A DNA stretch of 33,548 bases from Porticoccaceae bacterium (lineage in GTDB: Bacteria > Pseudomonadota > Gammaproteobacteria > Pseudomonadales > Porticoccaceae), in contig JBFJZC010000001.1 of the NCBI GenBank assembly GCA_041622295.1, positions 1-33,548 of the forward strand, written 5' to 3'. Below the pieces are notes generated by a model, which saw only the letters and a program-made list of their open reading frames with translations, had not been told where the DNA came from and made no database searches. This document shows positions 8,707 to 17,241 of this stretch, piece by piece. Made by a program: the position numbers and the translations under genes. Numbering within the stretch: position 1 is the stretch's first letter; each line of letters opens with the position of its first letter.

Positions 8707-9174
8707 TCAAGTTTTCTTGGTCATTCTATCCAGTGCGCCCATGGCAAACGCGGACGCCACAAAAGTTAGATGCAAAATGATGTACCAGAGTAATTTGTCA
8801 TTGCTAATGTTCTGTGCGTTCATAAATATTTTTAATAAATGAATGCTGGAGATGGCCACAATACTGGCGGCGATTTTCATTTTCAGCGAAGACGAATCCA
8901 TTTTCCCCAACCAGCCGAGCTTTTCTTCTTCCTCCGCCACATTTAGCTGTGAGACGAAATTTTCGTAGCCGCTGATCATCACCATGACGAGGAGACCTCC
9001 AACCATGGCGATGTCGATGAGCGACAGGATGACCAGAATCAGGTCAGCTTCGGCAATCGCCAACACGCGGGGGAGCATGTGGAACACTTCCTGAAAGAAT
9101 TTTATGCCCAACGCGAGTAGCGCCAGCGCGAGTCCCAGGTAGATAGGTGCAAGCAGCCAGCGCGATCGATACAT
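8707..9174 (-). CDS. yqhA: UPF0114 family inner-membrane protein YqhA
   Basis: From Met29 of ORF 8707..9258 the protein is collinear with E. coli YqhA as I recall it: [30 protein letters not shown]...[19 protein letters not shown]...[29 protein letters not shown]...HLTFVASAF. The upstream 28 codons contain no credible alternative start. Confidence 0.9.
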   Translation of the reverse strand: MYRSRWLLAPIYLGLALALLALGIKFFQEVFHMLPRVLAIAEADLILVILSLIDIAMVGGLLVMVMISGYENFVSQLNVAEEEEKLGWLGKMDSSSLKMKIAASIVAISSIHLLKIFMNAQNISNDKLLWYIILHLTFVASAFAMGALDRMTKKT

Positions 9175-9437
9175 GGTTTTTTCAATAACTACTTCAAGCT
9201 GACTTATTTGCAAGCTGTGGCATCCTGTGTGGGTAAGGTTTACGTTGCATCGCCGCACCAGGGCACGGCGGCGGGTGCGATTCTACTAGCGTCTATGTCT
9301 GAGTGCTACCTGTGGACGTAGATGCTGACAACCTGATATCACTGCTGTAGCAAAGCTGAACAGGGCAAGGCGATCTGCCATAAACAGGTCTGACTAAAGC
9401 CGGGCCCTGGCTGGCTCGGGAGAACAGGACGGCTTAG

Positions 9438-9474
9438 CCAACCTGCCTTGTCGGCGTAAGGCAGGTTGGGTTTT
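9438..9474. terminator. Perfect 12-bp stem hairpin (CCAACCTGCCTT / AAGGCAGGTTGG, 8-nt loop) followed by GTTTT on the plus strand
   Basis: Read directly: arms at 9438-9449 and 9458-9469, T-run at 9471-9474. It lies 13 nt beyond the stop of the minus-strand amidohydrolase gene and probably ends that transcript. The U-tract, however, is on the opposite strand. Confidence 0.4.
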
Positions 9475-9486
9475 AGGCGCGGGGTG

Positions 9487-10683
9487 TCAGGCCTGGTGTG
9501 GGGTGAAATTGAACAGGCGCGCTGCGTTGGTCCCCAGCAGCTTTTTTCGGGTTTCCGGTTTCAGATGACCCATGGTGCGTTCTATGGCTTCCGCAGAGTG
9601 GGGCCAGGTGCCTTCGTGATGAGGATAGTCATTGGCCCACAGAAAATTGTCGACCAGGTCAACGTCTTCAACCAGCGCCAAACCCGCCGGATCTTCCTGG
9701 AAACTTGAAAAGCCATGGGCGCGATAATAGTCGCTGGGCAGGCCCTGTAGCTTTGGTCGCGCCCACATATGGTGTTTTTTGTAGGCTTCGTCCATGGCGT
9801 TGAGCGCCCACGGAATCCAGCCAATACCCGCTTCGATGGTGGCGAACTTCAATTTTGAATACTTTTCGAGGACACCGGATGCGCACAGGCTGGCCACCGG
9901 TTCAATGGTCGGGGACAGGGAATGGGAAACATAATTGATGACTGCGCCGCCATTACCTCTGGCGGCCCGCGGGTCACGACCCGTGGAAATGTGGAAAGTG
10001 ATCGGCAGACCGGTTTCTTCAATCAGTGCCCACATAGGGTCAAACATTGGCAAGTTGTAGTTGGGGTCTTCATGGTGGTGCGCCCCGAATACGGGCTTAC
10101 ATGGCAGGCACAAACCCTTGAAACCGAGCGCCGCGCAGCGCTCGATTTCTGCCATGCCGGTGTCGATATTCGACGTGGTAATACAGGCCATTGGTGCGAG
10201 ACGATCGTTGTAGGGGCCAAATAACTCCCAGGCCCAGTCGTTCCACACGCGACACATCTCTGTCGCAAAGGCGGCATCGTTGGTGGCCCACATCATCAGG
10301 CCCTTGTTAGGGAAGAGGACTTCCGCATCGACACCGTCCATTTTCAGATCAGCCAGTCGACCTTCCGGCAACTTGCCGGCTTTATTGCGGGCCAGGTCTT
10401 CGCCGACAAAGGCGTGTTCGCGAAGTTTTACCCGGCGAGAGCCTTCAGATAAAGTCCATTTCTCGCCTTTTTCATCAACTTCTACTCGTGGCAGGCGAGA
10501 CCTGTATTTTTCTGCGACCCGGTCGCTAAACAAATTGGGTGGTTCGTTAACGTGACCATCAGCGGACACAATAAACAGCTTGTTGGGATCATCGGCCCGC
10601 GCAGTTTGTGGCCAGCCCTCGGTTCCAGGTGTTTCAAGACGCCACAGGTTGGGCTCATTGATCTTGATATTGCTCTGTTCCAT
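9487..10683 (-). CDS. Amidohydrolase-2 family protein, paralogue of the gene at 1..786
   Basis: 398-aa ORF. AGAGG lies about 9 nt upstream. Motifs: N-terminal SADGHVNEPPNLF, later FHISTGRD, IEAGIGWIPW, and WANDYPHHEGTWP near the C-terminus (metal-ligand His/Asp pattern of the ACMSD-like branch). Confidence 0.85.
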   Translation of the reverse strand: MEQSNIKINEPNLWRLETPGTEGWPQTARADDPNKLFIVSADGHVNEPPNLFSDRVAEKYRSRLPRVEVDEKGEKWTLSEGSRRVKLREHAFVGEDLARNKAGKLPEGRLADLKMDGVDAEVLFPNKGLMMWATNDAAFATEMCRVWNDWAWELFGPYNDRLAPMACITTSNIDTGMAEIERCAALGFKGLCLPCKPVFGAHHHEDPNYNLPMFDPMWALIEETGLPITFHISTGRDPRAARGNGGAVINYVSHSLSPTIEPVASLCASGVLEKYSKLKFATIEAGIGWIPWALNAMDEAYKKHHMWARPKLQGLPSDYYRAHGFSSFQEDPAGLALVEDVDLVDNFLWANDYPHHEGTWPHSAEAIERTMGHLKPETRKKLLGTNAARLFNFTPHQA

Positions 10684-10844
10684 GTTAGCGGCCTCTTTTC
10701 TATGGTGGATCGAATTGTGGGCTAAATTGCGGGTTTAGAGGGTGGGTCGAACTACCAGGGGTCTAGCGTTGCCAAGTAAGTGCCGATTCACGGCTATCTC
10801 CACATAGACCTTTTTCCATTAAGCAATCGTGCTTCCCTCAATGA

Positions 10845-11297
10845 TCAGGCAAGTTGCCACTGCACCAGCGTAAACGGCACTTTACCCTCGGGGTGGTGTT
10901 CAAATACGGCTGTAACCGGCGCACCGATGGTAATGTCCTGGCGCGGATCACCCAGCAGGTTGCCGACCATACGAATGTTGCTGGCTTCGGGCAGCTCAAC
11001 GAGTACGACAATATAGGGGCCGTGTTCCTGTAAGGCAGGGTGTACCGGATGCCAGACGCGCTCCCAGCTATAAATCAGACCTGTGCCCGTTACTTCGCTC
11101 CACCCCAGATCAAAAGACCGGCAACTGTGGCATAGCCACTCCGGGCCCCATTGCCACGCGTGGCATGATTTGCATCGCTGCACTAACAGTTTATTGTCCT
11201 TGAGACCCTCCCAATAGGGGGTGTCGAGTCCGTCCCGGCTCGGCATGGGGGCTGGCAGCCCTGGGGGAAGGTAGCTGTTTGAGTCCGCGCTGCTCAT
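10845..11297 (-). CDS. DUF35 family Zn-ribbon/OB-fold protein
   Basis: 150-aa ORF. Rubredoxin-like CKSC...CHSC followed by an OB-fold segment (GTGLIYSWERV...YIVVLVELPE...RMVGNLLG). Its ATG overlaps the stop of the upstream thiolase-like gene (ATGA at 11294-11297), the usual pairing for DUF35 proteins. Confidence 0.85.
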   Translation of the reverse strand: MSSADSNSYLPPGLPAPMPSRDGLDTPYWEGLKDNKLLVQRCKSCHAWQWGPEWLCHSCRSFDLGWSEVTGTGLIYSWERVWHPVHPALQEHGPYIVVLVELPEASNIRMVGNLLGDPRQDITIGAPVTAVFEHHPEGKVPFTLVQWQLA

Positions 11298-12478
11298 GAG
11301 AGAGTCTCCTGGCTGCCAAAAATACAGTTGCTGACCGGTGTCACCATGGGGCCTGAAGTGACCATGGACACCTTGGCTCCGGCAACCTGATTGGAGGACT
11401 CCCCGCGGATTTGGCGCACCGCCTCGATGATCAGCTCAAGGCCATGCATGTAACATTCCGCCAGATTGCCGCCGCTGGTGTTGAGTGGCAATTTGCCGGT
11501 AGGCGCCAACAGATTGTCGTAACGAATGAATTCGTTGGCTTCTTCATGGGTGCAGAAACCATGTTCAATGATTGACATCACCACGCCGCCGGTAAAGTTT
11601 TCGTAGCTTTGCAGCACGTCCACATCCTGCGGGCCGACACCAGCCATGCTGTACAGGCGCGGTGCCAGCGAGGTAAAACTCGACGTCGCGTAAAGTGGTG
11701 CGTTGTGACAGGGCGCCGCATTGCGATATTCAGAACCAGCAGTTGCGCCGAGTAGATAGGCTGGTTTCTGTTTCATGTTCTTCGCTTTATCGGCGGAGAC
11801 CAGCACCATGGCCGCGGCACCGTCGTTTTCCATGCAGCAGTCGTAAAGCTGATAGGGTTCGACGATCCAGCGCGCGTCATCATATTTCTCGGCGCTCAGG
11901 GGGCGACCGTGCATCACCGCCCTGGGATTATTCTGAGCGTGTTGATAGGTCGCCAGCGACACGGCTTTATAGGTGTCACGGGTGACACCTGTCTCATGGA
12001 GGTGCCGGGTGCAACGCATGGCGAACATCTGTGCTGGCGACATCATGCCATAGGGGATGGTGTAGGCCGGGTCTCCCGACACGCCGGACGATTTTGGCCC
12101 CTGGCCAAAGCGGGCAAACTGACCCTGCGCCAGGGCACGAAATACCACCACACAGTCTGCTACCCCCGTCGCGATCGCCGCCGCCGCATTGGCAACCGCA
12201 GCACTGCCCCCACCGCCACCGCCACCCCACTGCATATTGGCGAATTTTAGTTCGTGCATGCCGAGCGCGGCGGACAAACGCGACGGATCGCTGCGATCAT
12301 TGCTGAATGACGAAAACCCATCGATATCGCGGGGGTCAAGGCTGGCGTCGTCACAGGCCGCGAGAATGGCTTTTAGCGCCAGGACAAATTCAGGGTCTTG
12401 TGAACCGCCGCGTTTGTAATAGACGGTTTCACCAACCCCGACCACTGCGACTTTGCCCCTGAGCGTTCTGTTGATCAT
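11294..12478 (-). CDS. Thiolase-superfamily protein, SCP-x / lipid-transfer-protein type; probably not a Cys-dependent thiolase
   Basis: ORF 11294..12547. I place the start at Met24 (ATG 12478), giving MINRTLRGKVAVVGVGET, the normal thiolase N-terminus. C-terminal NTSGGNLAECYMHG motif is present. At the position of the CxxGS nucleophile motif the sequence reads GGGGGGGS (Gly tract 12206-12226). The HDCF-equivalent reads YDCC. Confidence 0.85.
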   Translation of the reverse strand: MINRTLRGKVAVVGVGETVYYKRGGSQDPEFVLALKAILAACDDASLDPRDIDGFSSFSNDRSDPSRLSAALGMHELKFANMQWGGGGGGGSAAVANAAAAIATGVADCVVVFRALAQGQFARFGQGPKSSGVSGDPAYTIPYGMMSPAQMFAMRCTRHLHETGVTRDTYKAVSLATYQHAQNNPRAVMHGRPLSAEKYDDARWIVEPYQLYDCCMENDGAAAMVLVSADKAKNMKQKPAYLLGATAGSEYRNAAPCHNAPLYATSSFTSLAPRLYSMAGVGPQDVDVLQSYENFTGGVVMSIIEHGFCTHEEANEFIRYDNLLAPTGKLPLNTSGGNLAECYMHGLELIIEAVRQIRGESSNQVAGAKVSMVTSGPMVTPVSNCIFGSQETLS

Positions 12479-12646
12479 ATTCAATTGCCAGTCGTGAGTA
12501 ATTTTTTTAATGGGTCTGTTTGTGTCGCTATAACGTCGAGCGGACAACCAGACTGTTTAGCGTGCAGGTCGCCATGTCTCGCGTGAACTGCCAGAGCGTA
12601 CGTTGTACCAACCGAATAATGGAGGCGTGGTGGACTTGCCGCGCGT

Positions 12647-12668
12647 GGCCAGGCTTGTACGCCTGGCC
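12647..12668. promoter_or_regulatory. Perfect 8-bp inverted repeat GGCCAGGC-TTGTAC-GCCTGGCC in the divergent control region; candidate operator
   Basis: Read directly. It lies in the roughly 450-bp non-coding region between the thiolase-like operon (minus) and the LLM oxidoreductase gene (plus). Any function is inferred. Confidence 0.3.
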
Positions 12669-12930
12669 TGGTGGGTCGCCCAGGCCCCCGATAAATTCAC
12701 GATACCGCACATTGCCGATCCGCCCGCATATGATGTCATCGCTCATGTGCTCGGATAGTTATAGTTGGTTCTCGCATCGCCTGTCAAACGAAGCAGTCAA
12801 GGGCTGCTGATTATTCTCTGTTGCGTGGCCTGCTTTTAGGTATATCCTTTAACAAAAACTGAGGGCGTACAGCGTAGCGAAGTACCCGGTTCACAACCCC
12901 GAAACCAGATAAAGGATGGAGAAGGTCGCC

Positions 12931-13965
12931 ATGAAAATAGATGTAATGAGTAATCCCCGAGAGCTCCACGCCATTCAAACACAGGCTCGGGACATAGAGC
13001 AGTCGGGATTCAGCGGCATTACTTTCACTGAGGGTGGTCGCACGGCTTATTTATCCGTTGCCGCAGCAGCGTTGGCCACGGAAAAACTCGAGTTTGCCAC
13101 CGGCATTGCTGTGGCTTTCCCGCGTAGCCCTATGGTCACTGCTGCTTGTGCCTGGGAACTTCAGGAGGCCAGTCGAGGCCGGTTTCGGCTCGGCCTTGGT
13201 ACCCAGGTGCGCGCTCACATTACTCGCCGCTACGGCGTCGAGTTCGATCCGCCGGGGCCGCGCATGCGCGATTATATCGGCGCCCTGAAAGCTATTTTCA
13301 AGGCGTACCAGGGCGAAGCAAAGCTTGACTACCATGGCCCCTATTATCAGTTGACCCTGCTGAACCAGATGTGGTCGCCCGGACCGATCGCTTACCCTGC
13401 GCCCGCCATCGACGCCGCAGCGGTCAACCCGTACATGCTGAAGATGGCTGGCGAATTATGCGACGGAGTGCAGGTGCATCCTTTCCATAGTCAAAAATAC
13501 ATCACGGATATGTTGCTGCCTGCGGTCGCCGAGGGCGCTGCTAAGGCCCAGCGCGATCCAGCCGAGGTTGAACTGCTAGTACCCGTGCTCACCATTGTTG
13601 GCAACAACGAAAAAGAAAAAGCCGCTTCGCGGGAGTTCTGCCGCCAACAGGTGGCTTTTTATGGCTCGACACCAAACTACGCTTTTCAGTTCGACTTACT
13701 GGGTTTTGAGGGCACCACTGCGAAAATACGTGAGCGCCAGAAAGCTGGCGATATGGCGGGTATGTCGGCAGTGATCAGCGATGAAATATTGCAACATTAC
13801 ACGGTCGAAGCCAGTTGGGATGATCTGGCAGACAGGCTGGTGGGTCGATATCGGGGCGTCGCTGAGCGCCTGATTATTTATACGGCGGGAATGGATTACG
13901 CCCGCGATCCGAGTTCCATTGGCCGCTGGGGAGAAGTCGCCAGAGCGGTGATTGCCAGGGGCTAG
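12931..13965 (+). CDS. Luciferase-like monooxygenase (LLM) class flavin/F420-dependent oxidoreductase
   Basis: ORF 12916..13965. Motifs: GFSGITFTEGGRTAYLSVAAAALATEKLEFATGIAVAFPRSPMVTA..., RFRLGLGTQVRAHITRRYG and FYGSTPNY, typical of the LLM family. I prefer ATG 12931 (GGAG at 12918-12921, 9 nt upstream) over 12916, whose SD-like AAGG abuts the ATG. Confidence 0.8.
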   Translation: MKIDVMSNPRELHAIQTQARDIEQSGFSGITFTEGGRTAYLSVAAAALATEKLEFATGIAVAFPRSPMVTAACAWELQEASRGRFRLGLGTQVRAHITRRYGVEFDPPGPRMRDYIGALKAIFKAYQGEAKLDYHGPYYQLTLLNQMWSPGPIAYPAPAIDAAAVNPYMLKMAGELCDGVQVHPFHSQKYITDMLLPAVAEGAAKAQRDPAEVELLVPVLTIVGNNEKEKAASREFCRQQVAFYGSTPNYAFQFDLLGFEGTTAKIRERQKAGDMAGMSAVISDEILQHYTVEASWDDLADRLVGRYRGVAERLIIYTAGMDYARDPSSIGRWGEVARAVIARG

Positions 13966-13966
13966 T

Positions 13967-14674
13967 TCACCGAGGTGGATCAAGATGACTGCCGGTAGAA
14001 TTATTCACCCGATACCAACCGGTGACACTGTAGCGATTATTCTGCGTGGCAAGCACTTCGTGCGGGAAGTCTTCGCTGAGGAAGACTACCAGCGTGCCTG
14101 CTAATGGCGCGACCCGGGCGACGATGTCGCTACCGGTAGCGGCGTAGATTATGAGTTCGCCAGCATCTTCGGGTACCCAGTTCGGGTTGAGATAGGCGAC
14201 CACGGATAGTCTGCGATTAGCCTGACCCTTGAATGCGTCATGGTGTGTTCTGTAAAAGTCGCCCGGGCGGTAACGGGAAAAATGGTTTTCAAAGGAAAAC
14301 AGGCCGAGCAAGAGCGTTCGATTAAGGTAGGTCTGGAGCTGCGCGGTCCAGGCCAACCATTGGCGTTGAGCCGCTGTTTCACCATCAATCCAGAGGATGT
14401 CATTGCGGCGAATTCCCTGATTACGCGTACGATAGTGCTGCCGCCCAACACCGCCTTTAGCAAAAATGCTGTCTGGAACTTGCTGGATTTCCAGCAATAA
14501 AGCGTTAGCCAACGCGGCTGGGAACGCATTGGGCGTTATGCTGTAACCGTGCTGCAGGAGATCATTTGCTATACAGGTGAAGATAGTATCTTCACTGGCG
14601 ACAGCAACCGTCTCGCACGCCCGATTATCGGATAGCAGATGGGCTGATGTGGGGAGAAGTTGCGATACAGTCAT
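13967..14674 (-). CDS. 2-oxoglutarate/Fe(II)-dependent oxygenase (prolyl-4-hydroxylase-like)
   Basis: 235-aa ORF. Facial-triad pattern HxD...H (YRTHHDAF ... FPHEV) and RxS (NNRYSVTGW) in a double-stranded beta-helix context. Confidence 0.8.
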   Translation of the reverse strand: MTVSQLLPTSAHLLSDNRACETVAVASEDTIFTCIANDLLQHGYSITPNAFPAALANALLLEIQQVPDSIFAKGGVGRQHYRTRNQGIRRNDILWIDGETAAQRQWLAWTAQLQTYLNRTLLLGLFSFENHFSRYRPGDFYRTHHDAFKGQANRRLSVVAYLNPNWVPEDAGELIIYAATGSDIVARVAPLAGTLVVFLSEDFPHEVLATQNNRYSVTGWYRVNNSTGSHLDPPR

Positions 14675-14964
14675 TAAAGGTCTTCTCGGGATCGAAGACT
14701 GCGCAGTATTTGCCTCCAGGCTGGTGGAGTAAAGGAATTTGTCTGTGTCGGGTCAATGTAGAATTTAATGCTGACTGGTCAATTAATATCTTGCCATTTT
14801 TGTGGTTTGGTCTTATATAGCAAACGCAGTGGGTGAGGCGTTCTGCCCGCTCACAATGTAGTGGTTGCCGACTGCACTGGTGTCGGTTCTCTGGGTAGCA
14901 CGACTGATATCAGATGGAAAAGTTCTGGGTGCAGACTCGGGACAAGGTACCGGACAAGGGCTTT

Positions 14965-17202
14965 ATGAGAAGTGTTATTCAAGAGCTGACACATATTGTT
15001 CAGGCCGTTTCGCTTGCCGATTCGCCCGACCAGCAGGTGTCGCTGATTGTCGAGTCGATCAGCCGCTCGATGGCTGTGGACGTCTGTAGCCTTTATCTGG
15101 CTAACGAGCAAGGCGATATGGTGCTGACGGCGACCCATGGCCTGGCTGGTACAGCAGTGCGAAAGGTGATTTTGCCTGCTGGTAAGGGCCTCGTTGGCCT
15201 GGCCGCCGCCAGCCGTCGCCCGGTTAATATTGCCGATGCGCCGCAGCATCCCGCCTATTTTTATGTGCCTGAGGCTGCGGAAGACCGTTTTCACGGTTTT
15301 TGTGCAGTGCCGCTAGTTTCTTTGGGAAAAACCATCGGTGTCCTGGTGGTGCAAAGCAGTGAAATACGGCAGTTTTCAAACGATGAAGAAGGTTTTTTTG
15401 TCACGCTGACGGCTCAGTTAGCGTTACTGCTGGTCAATTTTTCGCTATCCCCCTATGGCTCCGAAAATAATGTGCGCGTGCTCGGTGTTAGCGGCGCCCC
15501 CGGTGTGGCAATCGGGCATAGCCGATTCTGTGATCACGGCGAACTCTATCAGGTGCCCAGCGGGGTTTGCGAAAATGTCGAGGCTGCGCTCGCCGAATGG
15601 CGCGCCTTATTGGAGCAGGTACGCTATCAACTGGAGGACGAAAGAAAAGCGCTTGGTAAGGTGTTGAACGAAGAGGCCGGAGGTATTTTTACGGCTTACA
15701 GCATGTTGCTTGAAGATCCGGTATTTAATCTCCGGGTAGAGACCCGTATTCGGGAGGGGAACTGGCTGCCTGGTGCTTTACGCTTGACCATTCAGCACTT
15801 TGCCGAGTGCTTCCTGGCGATGGAGGACCCTTACCTGCAAGCTCGGCATGAGGACATTCGTCATCTTGGTAACAAGCTATATCAGGTGTGGCAGGGCGAT
15901 AAGGGGGCAACGTGTCAATCTGCAGTGGACGTGATACTGGTTGGGTCACAGGTCAGTGTCTCAGATATCGCCGCCGTTGCGGCTGGCCACCTACAGGGCA
16001 TTGTCAGTTTTGGCGGATCGCGTTTATCTCATGCGGCGGTGTTGGCTAACGCACTTGGCATCCCGGCGGTGATGGGCACGGGGGCAATTCCCGGTTTGAT
16101 GGATGGGCAGCCGCTGATTGTCGACGGACAACAGGGCCAGGTCTTTGTCAATCCGAGTGAAATCGTGTTGGGCGAATATCGCAAGCTGATTCGTGAACAT
16201 GATAAATTTATCCGTCAGCTGGATAATCTTCGTGAGCAACCAGCGCTTACCCAGGACGGCCAGCTCATTCATCTGTATACGAATACCGGTCTGTTGGCAG
16301 ATATTTCGCCAGGGCTGCGAGCCGGTGCGCAGGGTATCGGTCTGTACCGTACGGAAATACCGTTTATGGTGCACGACAGTTTTCCCTCTGAAGATGAACA
16401 GGTGGCGGTATATCGGCAGGTACTTGAAGCGTATCGAGGCAAGCCTGTTTATATGCGAACGCTCGATATTGGCGGTGATAAACAGTTGCCGTATTTTGCG
16501 ATACGGGGCGAGGACAATCCTGCGCTCGGCTGGCGGGGCATTCGTTTTTCCCTGGATAACAGCCAGTTGTTTATGACGCAGATCAGGGCTATGTTGCGAG
16601 CAGCGGAAACTGAGAGCAATTTGCATATTCTGTTACCCATGGTGAGTTCGACCCAGGAGATCGATGACTTCCAGGTGTTGCTCACCGAAGCAATGCGCCA
16701 GCTCATTGAGGAGGGTGTAGCAGTGGCCTTACCGCGGCTGGGAATTATGGTCGAAGTGCCTGCGGCCATTTCACAGATTCCGATTTGGGCCAAAAGACTC
16801 GATTTTATTTCTATAGGTTCCAATGACCTGAGTCAGTATCTACTGGCCCTGGATAGAAACAACGCGCGGGTTGCGTCGCGCTACGACCATGTGCATCCGG
16901 CTGTATTACATGAAATTCAGCGTATCGTGATGCATGCTCGGGCCGGGCAAATCCCGGTCAGTTTGTGTGGCGAAATGGCCGCTGACCCTGTTGCAGTTGT
17001 GCTGTTGCTGGGCCTGGGACTGCGGACCCTGAGCCTGAGTGCGGCTAAACTGCCCTATATAAAATGGCTAATAAGAACTATTTCGATACAGCAAGCTGAG
17101 GAGATCGTCAGTCAGGCGCTGCTAATGGATAATGCAAAAGCCATCAGGAGTCTGGTCGAAACTACGCTGAAAGAGCTGGGCTTGACGGAAATTTTTCATT
17201 GA
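14965..17202 (+). CDS. ptsP: Phosphoenolpyruvate-protein phosphotransferase PtsP (EI-Ntr) with N-terminal GAF domain
   Basis: ORF 14914..17202. From Met18 (ATG 14965) it is collinear with E. coli PtsP: GAF region (VCSLYLANEQGDMVLTATHGL...GLVGLAA...PVNIADAPQHPAYFY...FHGFCAVPL), phospho-His region (GGSRLSHAAVLANALGIPAVMG) and PEP-utilising TIM barrel (GIGLYRTE, RTLDIGGDK, NPALGWRGIR, FISIGSNDLSQY, VSLCGEMA). Confidence 0.92.
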   Translation: MRSVIQELTHIVQAVSLADSPDQQVSLIVESISRSMAVDVCSLYLANEQGDMVLTATHGLAGTAVRKVILPAGKGLVGLAAASRRPVNIADAPQHPAYFYVPEAAEDRFHGFCAVPLVSLGKTIGVLVVQSSEIRQFSNDEEGFFVTLTAQLALLLVNFSLSPYGSENNVRVLGVSGAPGVAIGHSRFCDHGELYQVPSGVCENVEAALAEWRALLEQVRYQLEDERKALGKVLNEEAGGIFTAYSMLLEDPVFNLRVETRIREGNWLPGALRLTIQHFAECFLAMEDPYLQARHEDIRHLGNKLYQVWQGDKGATCQSAVDVILVGSQVSVSDIAAVAAGHLQGIVSFGGSRLSHAAVLANALGIPAVMGTGAIPGLMDGQPLIVDGQQGQVFVNPSEIVLGEYRKLIREHDKFIRQLDNLREQPALTQDGQLIHLYTNTGLLADISPGLRAGAQGIGLYRTEIPFMVHDSFPSEDEQVAVYRQVLEAYRGKPVYMRTLDIGGDKQLPYFAIRGEDNPALGWRGIRFSLDNSQLFMTQIRAMLRAAETESNLHILLPMVSSTQEIDDFQVLLTEAMRQLIEEGVAVALPRLGIMVEVPAAISQIPIWAKRLDFISIGSNDLSQYLLALDRNNARVASRYDHVHPAVLHEIQRIVMHARAGQIPVSLCGEMAADPVAVVLLLGLGLRTLSLSAAKLPYIKWLIRTISIQQAEEIVSQALLMDNAKAIRSLVETTLKELGLTEIFH

Positions 17203-17241
17203 TGACTTTGGGAAGGGGTGATTTATCTGGGGGAGTAAAAT

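Noticed and set aside
12189-12419. Plus-strand ORFs with proline runs (PPPPPPP) opposite the thiolase-like gene.
   Set aside because: The poly-Pro is the antisense image of the Gly7 tract, and the ORFs lie inside a well-supported minus-strand gene.
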